NCBI RefSeq assembly: GCF_018350175.1
Contig: NC_058368.1
Location: forward strand, 110,300,001 to 110,364,000
Direction of reading: 5' to 3'
Source: Felis catus
Lineage: Eukaryota
Length of the DNA: 64,000 bases
The translations under genes were made by a program, and so were the position numbers. Each line of letters opens with the position of its first letter. Position 1 is the first letter of the stretch. Shown here piece after piece: positions 26,870-39,858 of this stretch. A model generated the notes under the pieces. It worked only from the letters and a program-made list of their open reading frames with translations. It was not told the origin of the DNA and searched no databases.

Positions 26870-27300
26870 TTAAAGACAGCAGATGAAGAAATTCTGAGGA
26901 TGAGGAGGCACTTAGAGCAGAGACGTGAAGAAATGAGGGGACAAGATATGACAAGATCTGGTGGGCAGAATATGCAGGCAGACGGCTCAACAGGCATGAA
27001 GATCTGGCTGGATGTGACCCAGGCTGACGTTGCTAAACACAGGGACCAGGTGGACAGTTGTGGAAGAAGACGGCACGGACAAGGGCCAGATCACAAAGGT
27101 CCTGCAGGCTCTGATAAACAAGGACTTCACATCTGATTTGACGTGTGATGGGAGTCATTGGGGGAGTTTAGGGCAGGAGACAGTCGTAATCTACTGTATG
27201 TCGTGAACATCCCTCTAGCTGCTGTATGGAGAATTGACTGGGTGGAGGGCAGAGAGACTGGGGGAGTGAAAGCAGCTGTTCAGCTGTTGAGAGGTAAAGC
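26870..27300 (-). mobile_element. L2 fragment
   Basis: L2-like motifs: agggccagatcacaaagg...gatgggagtcattggggga...ctctagctgctgtatggagaattgactg. Confidence 0.6.
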
Positions 27301-27344
27301 TGTGTTTAGCTCATTATCATCGCTGGCACCACACCAGCACCTTA

Positions 27345-27540
27345 CGTTTATTGATTGCTAACTATGAATTGGGCACTGGGCCTAACCCTTTGTATGTGTT
27401 GTATCACCTAATTCTCACAGCTCCATAAGGTCCCCATTTGATAAGTTAAGCTCAGAGAAGTTACACAATTTATCTAAGGCAATTTGTCTGGCAAACGGCA
27501 GAGCCAGGATTTGACTCAGAGCCTGCCCTCATAATCGTAC
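27345..27540 (-). mobile_element. MIR fragment
   Basis: tttattgattgctaactatg...ctaattctcacag...gctcagagaagtta...ggcagagccaggatttgactcag. Confidence 0.6.
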
Positions 27541-27739
27541 GCCATTCGGCATCAGTTACACAGAGTGTATACATATGTGGCACCCAACACATATCTCAAA
27601 ATACATGTCCTATGACTAGGTGCCTAGAGAAGCTTCTTTTCTGAACCTGTTGGCATATTTACTTAATAGTCCTCACCTGATCCCTTGTCATATCAAAACC
27701 CAACATGTGGTCTTTCTCTCTTCCCTTCCTACAGGATGT

Positions 27740-28130
27740 CCATTCTGTCCAGCATGGTCTAAGCCAATAATGGGGCTCCCATTCTCTTTGCTGGGAACTG
27801 GCTAAGGCGAGACCAGGGGACCTAGTTCTGGCCAGGGACGGGCGACAGAAAGCGTAAAGAGAGGCACGGGGAAGAGATGGTGCCTCTTTTCCCTCTTGAT
27901 ACTATCATTAACTACAAGGAACCCCTACACCCATGGTCACCATCTTCCCGAAGAGCAGCCAAGGTGACCCATGAAAGATGGCAGAATAGGGAAAGAGCCA
28001 AAGACCTTAATGATGTCACTGAGCCTCTAAAATAACCAATTCTGAAGCTGCCTTAGCTCGGGTTTCTATTTTCCTCATGACTTAAATCAGTTGAGTTTGG
28101 AGTTTTTGTTACTTGAAGCAGAAAACATAG
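27740..28130 (+). mobile_element. MLT1-type (ERVL-MaLR) LTR
   Basis: tggtctaagccaat...gacctagttctggcca...ttaaatcagttgagtttggagtttttgttacttgaagcagaaa resembles old MLT1 LTRs. Confidence 0.6.
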
Positions 28131-28439
28131 CAAATGAGAAAGAAGCCAAAATGTAAACAAAAACCTGATCCGTTATTTGACTGCCTTTACACACACAACA
28201 TGAAAGATTAACATTGTCATCATCCCACTTTATTTATCTAAGAAGCCCAGGCTAGTCAAAGACTAAAGACTCTGGATTCCAATCCAGTGCTCATATTTAG
28301 AGAGTAATTTTCAGTTGTGGAGAACATTTAATTAAGCAGGAACCTCCATTTCCTAATTGCCCTAGATGAAAGGCAGTGGACACATAACAAGTGACATGTG
28401 TACAGGATGCTTTAAAGTTGACAAATGCATGCACACATG

Positions 28440-29494
28440 TCAGTTATCACTGCATAGCCATATGTGACTTGCAAACACTTTTCACTACAACCATCCTTGA
28501 AAAAACTTAAACTGGCTTTGCCATTTTTGTGTGATATGTGACAAATGAGTGATTTGAAATCTTAAACAAATTAAGAGTATTGTATTAAATACTGTATTCA
28601 AGTTTGTTTTAATGCAATCATTAATATTCATAATACACAATCATTACAAAAAAACCCTTCATTTTATATCATTTAATGACGAATGGACAATGTTTAATTT
28701 TTATTAAATCATAAAAGAAAACATAATTTTCTGATAAATATGCTAAAAAATGATATGTCATATCTGGTTTGGGGACTGAATGTATACTAAAAAGTACTTT
28801 GGGGTTTTACTCCATAATACAGCATCAAGTATAGGCAGAAACTGGTTTCCAAGAATTGGATGTATGAAATTCTGGAATTTCATGCTTAAAAAAACTATGG
28901 TTTTATTTTTACAATTTCCATGTTTTGTTTATAAATGACAGGAGGGGAAAGATTTCAGGCCGCTATTTGCAACCACTCTGCAAATAGCACATTGTGGGTG
29001 TGGATAGAGCCTTTGTTCTCAATAAATGAAAAGCTAAATTGGACATAATTGTCACTCTATTTTCTCTCCTTAACACTGTTTTTGAAGTACCAAAGACATC
29101 TTGATGTTCCATAGAAGAGTTTTTATCAGATGAATGTGATTTACAGATTGGCAAAGGTGATTCTGAAGTAAGATTGTAGTCTTCCCATTTTTTGCTCTTA
29201 ATTATCTTGTATTTCATCATCAGGTTCCTTATGTTTCTAGTCTTTAAACACAATCTATTATGAGCATAAATCAAACATATGTCTAAGAAGAAAAACAATT
29301 TGAAATATAACAGTCTCAACCATTCTTGCAGTCAGTGCTGTTCAGCCAAGAAATAGACCGAGTGATGGAGCCATGACTGTCCTCATTTAAACTCTACCTA
29401 ACCACTGTGTGTACTCACTTGTTATACACTGACAAGCTCCCTGTCTTTTCTTACAAATGTAAAAGAAAATTAAATAATGTATCACTTACTGATT
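28440..29494 (-). mobile_element. Charlie-family (hAT/Buster-like) DNA transposon, internally deleted, left segment
   Basis: Frameshift-joined minus-strand translation of ~29070-28895 reads ..SDNYVQFSFSFIENKG/YPHPQCAICRVVANSGLKSFPSCHL*TKHGNCKNKTIVF. This matches the BED finger of ZBED5/Buster-type transposases (RKYDESYLSFGF...PHAQCVLC...LSNSSL.PSKLRRHLETKH..YKDK.I.FF). ETSF and KPDM remnants follow, resembling the transposase C-terminus. Confidence 0.75.
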
Positions 29495-30880
29495 TTTAAT
29501 TAAATCTTTCATTTTGAAATAATTACAGATTCCCATACAGTTGTAAGAAAGAGCAGTCATCAAAAACAGAGTAAATACTGTTTACCCAGTGTCCTCCTAT
29601 TCTTTTGTTTTTTACATCTTGTAAAACTACAGTGTAAGCACAACCAGAATATTGACATTGATATAGTCCAAGTACAGAATCTTTCATTCACCACAAGGAT
29701 CCCTCCTATGGCCCTTTTACAGCCACCATGTGTCTTCCTTCCCTCTGCCCCTCCCTCCTCATCCCGAACCCCTGGTGATCGCGAAACTGTCCTCATTTCT
29801 ATAATGTTGTCGTCTCAAGAATACTATATTGGGGGAATGATACAACATGCAGTCTTTGGAGATTGGCTTTTTTCACTCAGCATAATGACCTCAAGGCTTG
29901 TTCAAGTTGTTTCCCCTATCAGTAGTTTATCCCTTTCTGTTACAGAGTAGTATTTCACAGTATGGAAGTACATCTGTTTAACCACCTGGGTTATGTCCAT
30001 TTGAGGCTATATACAAATAAAGTTCCTGTAAACATTTCTATACAGGTTTTTTATGAATATAATTTTTCATTTCTCTAGGATAAATACCCACGAGGGCAAC
30101 TGCGAGGGCAACTGCTGGTTTGTATGATGGTCACATGTTTAGTTTTTACAGAAATAGTCAAACTACTTTTCAGGGTAGCTGCACCATTTTACATTCCCAC
30201 CAACAATGCATAAGCAATTGTGTTTTTCTGCATTCTTGCCTGCATTTGCTGGTGTCACTATATTTTATTTTTAGTAATTCCGATAGGTGTGTAGTAATAT
30301 CTCATTGTGATTTTAATTTGCATTTCCCTAATGGCTAATGACGTTGAACATCTTTTTACATGCTTATTTGTTATGTGTATAGTCTCTGGTGAAATGTCTC
30401 TTTGTGTCTCTTGGCCATTACCTAATTCGATTGCTTGGGGTTTCTTTTTTGTATGTTTGTTTTTCTTCTGTTGAGTTTTGAGAGTTCTTTATACCTTCTA
30501 GATACTAGTTTTTTGTGGATATGTGGTTTGCAACTATTTTCTTTCAGTCTACTACTTGTCATCCTCTTAATAGGATATCTTCTAGAACAAAAGTTTTTAA
30601 TTTTGATATAGTCAAATTTATCTATTTTTCCTTTTATAGATCTTACTTTGGTATCAAATCTAAATCCATGATCCCAGGTATTTTTTGAAATAAAAGCTTA
30701 AGAGTTTTATATTTTACCTTTAAGTCTGTCACCTCTTTTGAGCGAATTCTTGTATGAGGTCTGAGACTTAAGGTTCACTTTTGTTTTTTCCTTAGAATGT
30801 TCAATTGCCCCGCATCCTTTCTGAAAAGGCTATCTTTTCTCCATTGAATTGCTTTGTTCCTTTGTCAAAACTCAGTTTGG

Positions 30881-32616
30881 CAGGAACTGCAAAGGTCCTA
30901 AAAACCAAAACAGTCTTTAAAAAGAAGAGAAAAATGAAGGACTCACACCTCCTGATTTCAAAACTCACCACAAAACTACAATAATCAAAACAGTGTGGTA
31001 CCGGCATAAGGATAGACATATAGACCAATGGAATAGAACTGAGATTCCAGAAACATGCCTCTATCACCAATTGATTTTCAAAATGGAGCCATAACTATTC
31101 AACACAAAAAGAATTGTCTCTTGAACAAGTAACACCGGATCAACTGCATACCCACATGTAAAATAATTAATTTGGACCCCTATCTCACACCATTTATAAA
31201 AATTAACTCAAAACTGATCAAAAACCTAAATATAAGAAATAAAACTATAAACTCTTAGAAGAAAACACATGGGTAAACTTGTGTTGACCTTGGCTTTGGC
31301 GATGGATTTTTAGATATGACACCAAAAGCATGAGCAACAACAAAAAATAAATAAATAGGATTTTATCAAAAATTGACATTTTTATGCATTCAATGCAAGA
31401 ACATTATCAAGAAAATGAAAAGGCAACTTACAGAATGGGAGACAATACTTGCAAATCATGTATCTGATAAGTGATTAATATACTGAATATATAAATAACT
31501 CTTACAACTCAACAACAAAAACACAAACAACCCAATTAAAAAGTAGACAATTAAAAGAGACGAAGTACTTGAATAGATGCTTCTCCAGACAAGATACTAC
31601 AAATGTCCCAAAAGCACATGAAAAGATGCTCAATAGCTCAATATTCTTAGTCATTAGGGAAATGCAAATCACAACCATAATGAAATACCACTTTATACCC
31701 ACTAGGATGGCTATAAAAGTTTGTTGTTTTTTTTTAAAGGAGAGGGGTGCCTGGGCGGCTCAGTTGGTTGAGTATCTGACTTCCACTCAGGTCATGATCT
31801 CACAGTTTGTGAGTTCAAGCCCCACATTGGGTCTCGCTGCTGTCAGCACAAAGCTTATTTCAGATCCTCTGTCTCCCTCTCTCTCTGTCCCTCCTCCTCT
31901 TGTTCTCTCTCTCTCTGTCTCTGTCTGTCTCTGTCTCTCTCAAAAATAAACAAGTGTTTAAAAAAAATAAAAGGAGAATAACCAGTTTTGGCAAGGACAT
32001 GGCTAATTGAAAACCTTGTACACTCTGGTAGAAATGCAAAAAGGTTTAGATGCTGTGAAGACCAGTGTAGTCATTCTTCAAAAAGTTAAACATTGAATGA
32101 CCATATGACTCCAAATTTCCACTCCTAGTTATATACTCCAAAAAAGTGAAAACAGGCTCTCAAAGAAAGACTTGTATATAAATGTTCATAGCAGCACTAT
32201 TGACAAGAGTCAGAAGTTAGAAACAACACATATGTCCATCAATGGATGGGGGGATAAAAAATTTGTGGCAAATACATACAACTGAATATTATTCAGCCAT
32301 AAAGAGGAGTGACGTATTGATACACGTTAAAACATGGATAAACCTTACAAATAATATGTTAAGTGAAAGCAGCCAAACACAAAAGATCACACATTGTGTG
32401 ATTCCATTTATGTAAAATACTAAGAATAGGCAACTCACAAAAAGAAAAACTATTAATGGTTATGGGGTTTTATTTGGGAATGATGAAAATATTTGGAATT
32501 AGATAAAGGTGGTATTTGCATAACACTGTGAATATACTAAATGCCACTTATTTGTTCATTTTTAAATGGTTAATTTTATGTTATATGAATTTCACCTCAA
32601 TAAAATACAATAAAAT
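30881..32616 (+). mobile_element. 5'-truncated L1 (L1MB-type) nested antisense in the L1MC
   Basis: ORF2 C-terminal remnant (LVIREMQITTIMKYHFIPTRMA) and an L1MB-like 3' end taaatgccact...aaatggttaattttatgttatatgaatttcacctcaataaaa. The host L1 resumes in register on both sides. Confidence 0.85.
31744..31968 (+). mobile_element. Can-SINE inside the L1MB fragment
   Basis: Full SINE body flanked by AAAGGAGA on both sides. Confidence 0.93.
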
Positions 32617-32942
32617 AATCAAGCATATTTTCTGAGTCTATTTCTAGGTTCTCCATTCTATTCTATTGATTTATGTGTCAAATCCTCTACCAATATTTTA
32701 TAGTCTTGGTCACAATAGCTATGAAAGTCTTAAAATTAAGTATTTGTATTGGATAATTGGATAATGAACTTGTATACACCTACAAAAATACCTGCTTGGA
32801 TTTTTATAGGAACTGTGTCAAATCTGCCTTTCAATGTGGAGAGAATTGACATCTTTACTATGCTGAGCATGCCTCTCCATTTATTTAGATCTGCTTTTAT
32901 TTCTTTCAGCTCTGATTTCTTTTATGAGCGCTTTGTAGTCTT

Positions 32943-33165
32943 CTATTTCTTGTTTTGTTTTGTTTTGTTTTGTTTTGTTTTGTTTTGTTTTTGAGAGAGA
33001 GAGAGAACAAGCAAGTGAGGGAGAGGCAGAGGGAGAAAGAGAATCTTAAGTATGCTCCATGCCTTCATGGAGCCCGTGGAGGCTTGATCTCATGACTGTG
33101 AGATCATGACCTGAGTTGAAATCAAGAGTTGGACACTTAACTGGCTGAGCCACCCAGGTGCCCCC
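32943..33165 (-). mobile_element. Can-SINE with (TTTTG)n tail
   Basis: Reverse-complement head CTGAGCCACCCAGGTGCCCC at ~33145-33164. Confidence 0.9.
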
Positions 33166-34333
33166 ACCTTTTTGAAATTATAAATGGTACTGTATTTTAA
33201 TTTTGGTGTTCATGTGGTAATTTTAGGTATATGGAAATACTATTGAGTTTAGTATGTTATCTTGTATCCTATAATTTTTCTGAACTCACTTATTATTTCT
33301 GTGAATTTTTTTGTACACTACTTGGAATTCTTTATGTAGGTAATCATGTCACCTTCAAATAGGGCCATCTTATTTATGATATATTTGTCTCTTATTTCCT
33401 TTTCCTGCCTTATTGCATGGGATAAAACTGCTGGCACTGTTGTTGAATAGGAGTAGTGACAGCAGACATCCTTGTCTTATTCCTGATCTTAGAGGGAAAG
33501 TGTTCATTTTTTTGTTATTGTGTGTAAGGTTAACAGTAGATATTTTGTAGGTGATCTTTATCAAGTTCAAGAAGTTCCTCTGTATTCCAATTTTTTAACG
33601 GTTTTTATTATGAATAGATTGATTGAATTTTGTCAAACGCTTTTTCTGAATTCATGGTTTGATCATGTGATTTTTCTTCTTTAGCCTGTTACTATGGTAG
33701 ATTACATCAATATTTTAAAAAATACTGAACTAGTTTCACATCTCTGTAATAAACCCTGCTTGGTCATGGTATATAACCCTTTTCATACTTTGCTGAGCTT
33801 TCTGTTAATACTTTGTTAATGATTTTTGTGTCTATACTTATGAGGAAATTTGATCTTTAGTTTTTTTTCTTTTTTCTTGTAGTGTTTCTGTCTGGTTTTG
33901 GTATCACGGTAACATTATAAAATGAGTTAATATATGTTCCCTTCTCTTCTATTTTATGGAAGAGATTGCATAGATTTGGTGGTAATTTGGGGTGAGTTGT
34001 AATAGTTTGTGTTTTTGACAAAATGGTCCATTTCCTCCAAGCTGTAAAATTTAGTCATGTAGCATTGTTTAGGGTATGCAGTGATATCCCTTATTTTATT
34101 CCAAACATTGGTAATTTGTGTTTTCTCCCTTTGTTTCCTTCTCAGCTTTGATAAAGACTTGTCAATTTTATTAATTGATCTTTTCAAAAAGCCATCTCTT
34201 TGTTTCATTGATTATTCTCTATTGGTTTCTCTTTTCAGTTTCTATTGTTACTTTTATTATTTACTTCCTTTTTCTTCCTTTGTGTTTATTTTACTCTTCT
34301 TTTTCTGAGTTCTCAAGGGATAAACTTAGATTA

Positions 34334-34413
34334 TTTTTTAATGTTTATTTGCTTATTTTGGGGGAGAGAGACAGGGAGAGGGAGAGGGAGAGGGAGAGGG
34401 AGAGGGAGAGGGA

Positions 34414-34453
<40 letters not shown>

Positions 34454-34609
34454 GAGGGAGAGGCAGAGAGAAAGGGAGAGAGAGAATTCCAAGCAGGCTT
34501 CACACTCTCAGCATGGAGCCCAAAGCAGGGTTCGATCCCACAAACCATGATATCATGACCCAACCTAATATCAAGAGTTGGACACTTAACTGAGTCACCC
34601 AGGTGTTCC
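34334..34609 (-). mobile_element. Can-SINE with expanded (GGGAGA)n(GA)n
   Basis: TSD TAAACTTAGATTA at 34321-34333 and 34610-34622. Confidence 0.94.
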
Positions 34610-35574
34610 TAAACTTAGATTACTTCAGACTCTTTCTCTTTTCTAATGTATGGATTTAGTACTATAAATTTCTTTCTCACCACTGCTTTGTGTCCCACAA
34701 ATTTTGATATGCTGTTTTTTTCATTCAGTTTAATATATATTTTTACTTCCCTGAGAGTTCCCCTTTGACCATGGTTTTTTAGGAATATGTTATTTTGTTT
34801 CCAAGTGTTGAAAATTTTCCTGTTAACTTTCTGTAATGGATTTCTAGTATGATTCCACTGTGGTTGCAGAACACACAATGCGTGATTTAAATTCTTTTAA
34901 ATGTGCTGAGGTCTGTTTTTGACCCAGGATATGGTCTACCTTAGTTCATGTTCTTGAAAAGAATGTGTATTCTGTTATTGTTGGGAAGGGTGTCCTATAA
35001 ATGTTGATTAGATTCTCTTGGTTGATGGTGCTGCTGAGTTTTCTATACCCTTGCTGATTTTCTATCTAATTATTCTATCATTTGTTGAGAGAGGGGCATT
35101 GAAATCTCCAACTATAATTGTGAAGTTGTCTGTTTTCCTTTCTGTTCTCTCAGTTTCTGTTTCACATATTTTGCACCTCTGTTGTTTGGTGCATACACAT
35201 TCAGGATTGCTATGTGTTCTTGGTGAACTGAACCTGTTATCATTATATGATGACTCTCTCAGATTTTCTTTGCTCTGAAATCTATATTATCTGCTATTAA
35301 TATAACCAGTCTGACTTTCTTTCAATAATGTTTGCATCCTTTTACATTCAACCTCCCTATATCATTATATTTGAAGCGAGTTTCTTAAAGATGGCATATA
35401 GTAGATCATTTTTTAATCTACTCTGAGAATATCTGTTTTATAATTGGTATATTTAGACTATTGAAATTTAATTGATATGTTAATGTTTAAGCCTATCATT
35501 TTATTTTTTGTGGTGTATTCCATTTTCCATTTCCCTTTTTTTTTCCTGCCTTCTTGTGAGGAACACATTTTTTT

Positions 35575-35596
35575 ATTTTTTATTTTTTTTTATTTT

Positions 35597-35635
<39 letters not shown>

Positions 35636-37218
35636 TTTTAATATGAAATTTATTGACAAATTGGTTTCCATACAACACCCAGTTTTCATCCCAAAAGGTG
35701 CCTTCCTCAATACCCATCACCCACCCTCTCCTCCCTCCCACCCCCCATCAACCCTCAGTTTGTTCTCAGTTTTTAACAGTCTCTTATGCTTTGGCTCTCT
35801 CCCACTCTAACCTGTTTTTTTTTTTTCCTTCCCCTCCCCCATGGGTTCCTGTTAAGTTTCTCAGGATCCACATAAGAGTGAAACCATATGGTATCTGTCT
35901 TTCTCTGTATGGCTTATTTCACTTAGCATCACACTCTCCAGTTCCATCCACGTTGCTACAAAAGGCCATATTTCATTTTTTCTCATTGTCACGTAATATT
36001 CCATTGTGTATATAAAGCACAATTTCTTTATCCATTCATCAGTTCATGGACATTTAGGCTCTTTCCATAATTTGGCTATTGTTGAGAGTGCTGCTATGAA
36101 CATTGGGGTACAAGTGGCCCTATGCATCAGTACTCCTGTATCCCTTGGATAAATTCCTAGCAGTGCTATTGCTGGGTCATAGGGTAGGTCTATTTTTAAT
36201 TTTCTGAGGAACCTCCACACTGCTTTCCAGAGTGGCTGCACCAATTTGCATTCCCACCAACAGTGCAAGAGGGTTCCCATTTCTCCACATCCTCTCCAGC
36301 ATCTATAGTCTCCTGATTTGTTCATTTTGGCCACTCTGACTGGCGTGAGGTGATACCTGAGTGTGGTTTTGATTTGTATTTCCCTGATAAGGAGCGACGC
36401 TGAACATCTTTTCATGTGCCTGTTGGCCATCCGGATGTCTTCTTTAGAGAAGTGTCTATTCATGTTTTCTGCCCATTTCTTCACTGGGTTATTTGTTTTT
36501 CGGGTGTGGAGTTTGGTGAGCTCTTTATAGATTTTGGATACTAGCCCTTTGTGCGATATATCATTTGCGAATATCTTTTCCCATTCCGTTGGTTGCCTTT
36601 GAGTTTTGTTGGTTGTTTCCTTTGCTGTGCAGAAGCTTTTTATCTTCATAAGGTCCCAGTAATTCACTTTTGCTTTTAATTCCCTTGCCTTTGGGGATGT
36701 GTCGAGTAAGAGATTGCTACGGCTGAGGTCAGAGAGGTCTTTTCCTGCTTTCTCCTCTAAGGTTTTGATGGTTTCCTGTCTCACATTTAGGTCCTTTATC
36801 CATTTTGAGTTTATTTTTGTGAATGGTGTGAGAAAGTGGTCTAGTTTCAACCTTCTGCATGTTGCTGTCCAGTTCTCCCAGCACCATTTGTTAAAGAGGC
36901 TGTCTTTTTTCCATTGGATGTTCTTTCCTGCTTTGTCAAAGATGAGTTGGCCATACGTTTGTGGGTCTGGTTCTGGGGTTTCTATTCTGTTCCATTGGTC
37001 TATGTGTCTGTTTTTGTGCCAATACCATGCTGTCTTGATGATGACAGCTTTGTAGTAGAGGCTAAAGTCTGGGATTGTGATGCCTCCTGCTTTGGTCTTC
37101 TTCTTCAAAATTCCTTTGGCTATTCGGGGCCTTTTATGGTTCCACATGAATTTTAGGATTGCTTGTTCTAGTTTCGAGAAGAATGCTGGTGCAATTTTGA
37201 TTGGGATTGCATTGAATG
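35575..37218 (-). mobile_element. Young 5'-truncated carnivore/felid L1 (L1_Fc-like)
   Basis: Uninterrupted ~390-codon ORF2 C-terminal segment, 3' UTR with a G-rich tract and an (AAAT)n-patterned poly(A). Perfect TSD GGAACACATTTTTTT at 35560-35574 and 37219-37233, at a TTTT/AA endonuclease site. Confidence 0.97.
36044..37218 (-). pseudogene. L1 ORF2p C-terminal remnant (post-RT region and cysteine-rich domain)
   Basis: FNAIPIKI...[35 protein letters not shown]...[26 protein letters not shown]. Ends at a premature TGA (KEPKCP*TDEWIKK) and lacks the EN and RT domains. Confidence 0.95.
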
Positions 37219-38549
37219 GGAACACATTTTTTTAAAGTTCCATTTTGATTTATCTGTGTTTCGGAGTATATCTCTTTATACAGATTTTTAGTGGTTGCTA
37301 TATTACATCATCTATACATAATCTATATAGTTTATTGGTTTAGCAATTTTATCAGTTCAAGTACAGGAACTTTACTTTCCTTTACATCTCTTTACATTCT
37401 CATTCATAATTGTTTTAAATATTTTCTCTACATACACTTAGAACTACATCAGACATTATAACAATCTTTGCTTCAAACATGAAAAATAATTTAGAAAATT
37501 TGAGAAGGAAAATCTGTTGTATTTACCCACATTTTTGCTCACATGTTCTTTCCTCCTTCTTGATATTTCAAGATTACTTTTTTATTAATTGTTTACCTTT
37601 TAGAAAACTTTCTTTAGATTTTTTAAGAGCAGTTCCACTGGAAGCAAAGTTTCTTTGCCTTTTCCTGAGATATTTTTTCCTTTTCCTGAGAATGTCTTCA
37701 TTATCTCTTCATTCCTGAAAGGATATTTTCTCTGGTTATAGGATTCTGGGTCAACAGGTTTCTTTTACTGGTCCAAAATGTTGTGCCACTTCCTTCTGGC
37801 CTCTTTAACCTCTGATAGGAAATTCTCTGTCATTCATATCGTTTTGACATATAAAGTATAATTTTTCTTGCTGTTTTTAAGATTTTTTGTTTTTAGTTTT
37901 CAGAAGTTTGACTATGATGATGTGTCTTGGTGTGCATTTTTTTGGATTTATCATCTTTGTCGTTGCTAACCTTTTTGAATCTATAAATTAACTCTTTTTC
38001 TCCATTTGGGATGTTTTCCATCATTATTTCTTTGGGCATTTTTTTTTAAGCCTTGACCACTTTCTGCTCTCCTTCCAGGACTCTGATAATACAAATGTTA
38101 GAGTTCTTTTTCATAGTCCCACAGTTTCCTGAGACTCTGTTAACTTCAGTCTATTTTCTGTATATTGTTTAGATGGAGGATTCCATTGTTCTGTCTTCGT
38201 CATTTCTTCTGTCCACTCCATTATGTGCTGAGCCCATCCATTAAAATTTTTATTTCAGTTATTATATTTTTCAGTTTTAACATTTTCATTTGGTTCTTCT
38301 TTGTATCTTCTACTCATTTGTTGAGGTTTTTTGTTTCTCCTTGTTTCAAGTATGTTCATAATTGCTCACTGAAATGTTATGATGATTGTTTTAAAATCTT
38401 TTTACATAATTCTAATATTTCCATTATGACAGTATCAGCATCTGTGATTTTTTTCACTGTTTGAGGTCTTCCTGGTTCTTTGTATGATTAATGATTTTGG
38501 AATGAAACCTGTACATTTTGGATGTTATGTTTTGAGACTGTGCATCTTA

Positions 38550-38680
38550 TTTGTTTTCACCCTTATTGAAGTATAACTGACAAACAGAATATTCTATTTC
38601 TTAAAGTACAATGTGATTATTTGACATAGGTAAACTTCGTGAAGTGACTACCATAGTCAGATTAATCAACACTCCTCAAT
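38550..38680 (-). mobile_element. Short L1 3'-end fragment (L1MA9/carnivore-like) nested in the L1MC 5' region
   Basis: ttattgaagtataactgaca...aaagtacaatgtgattatttgacata...gtgaagtgactaccatagtcagattaatcaacac, flanked by ATCTTA on both sides. Confidence 0.65.
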
Positions 38681-39570
38681 CTTACTGAAATTTATTTTAG
38701 CTGGCTTCTTCTGACACTGGTCCAGTAAAAGAAGGGGGAGGGGTGTTATAGATGTCAAGTGGGTGTAGAAGTCCAGGCTCCCTATTCAGCTTCCACCAAC
38801 ACCTTAGCGGAGGAGAACTCCTTATTACTGATGAGGAGGGGTGGCAATTCCACTTCCCACTTAGGCTTCCCTGGCAGAGAGGGAATGGAGTGCCACATTA
38901 CTGCCCACCCATGCTTACTACTGACATCATGGGGTGAGGAGAGGTGGAAAGAGAGTGACCTTGTCACCAAGGGAGAGACAGAGGTGGTAAGTCCTGACTC
39001 CACTAGACCTCCTCTGACACCATCTCAGCAGGAAAGGAGTTCCTTGTTCCTGCCAGGTAGAGTGGAAGCCCAGACTCCCTACTTAGCCTTCTCTGACACC
39101 ATTCTGGTAGGGGAACTGTGGCACCTTATCAAAATCTGGGTTCCCCTACTTAAACTTTATTGGTGTGAACAGGGATGGGGTGGGGCTAATAGGCTTTTTT
39201 CTATGGTACTTGCCTGGAGTAGAATGTTTAGTGTCTAAAAGTTTTCTGTTTTGTTAGGCTGTCTCCTTTCCTGGTTCTATGCTATAGAGAGCTGGCTTTT
39301 GTTGGGGTTTTTTAGTCATACCTGCTGGCATTTCCAGGTTGTTAGCTTCTTCAGTTCCAAGTCTGGGACACATGAGGCAAAAAGAAAACCCAGAGAACTC
39401 ACCACTGTGATGTTCCTTCAGTCCTGGAGTACTATGTGTCTGCCTTCTCTTCACCTTCCAGAGTCTGCTTATGTTTGTTTCATATATATCATCCAAGGTT
39501 ACTAAGTTGTGCTTAGAGGAATGAGTAGAGAAAAAAATCTGTCTTCTCTATCTTCCCAGAAGTGGAAATC

Positions 39571-39840
39571 CACTCATTGATTGTTTTGAATTAATAATTT
39601 TGAATTGTTATGGATCCTCTGGAATACCATCAGTCAAGAGGTACTGACACAGATGATATTGGCTGAGATTAGTGATATGTCAGACATGTTATTAAGAAGA
39701 TAACTGTACAGTGGTGTCCTCATGTCCTGTCCCTCTACATTTTTTTGTCTGTCTTTCTGTAGAGAGGGCCTTCATATTCTATAGCAAGCAGCCTGAAAAT
39801 AGATTTCCCGCAGGCCAAATGGATTATAGAGCATTGTCTT
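39571..39840 (-). mobile_element. Probable right segment of the Charlie element, beyond the L1 insertion
   Basis: Sequence resumes after the L1MC TSD. The assignment is by continuity only. Confidence 0.4.
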
Positions 39841-39858
39841 CTTCACCAAGAACTTAGC

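Larger units (their letters stand above)
29495..39570 (-). mobile_element. Apparently full-length ancient L1 (L1MC-type), interrupted by younger insertions
   Basis: L1MC-like 3' end at 29500-29900. ORF2 remnants FPLRSGIRQGCLLSLLLFN (33370-33570) and INKIDKSLSKLRRK (33954-34208). 5' terminus GATTTCCACTTCTGGGAAGAT at 39570. Diverged TSD CACTTACTGATT (29483-29494) / CACTCATTGATT (39571-39582). Confidence 0.8.

Noticed and set aside
28963..29500. Possible processed pseudogene suggested by the 118-aa ORF and AT-rich flank
   Set aside because: No host protein match came to mind. Frameshifted translation instead fits a Charlie/hAT transposase BED finger.
34175..34563. RE/RG/SL dipeptide-repeat ORFs
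   Set aside because: Translations of the SINE (GA)n tract.
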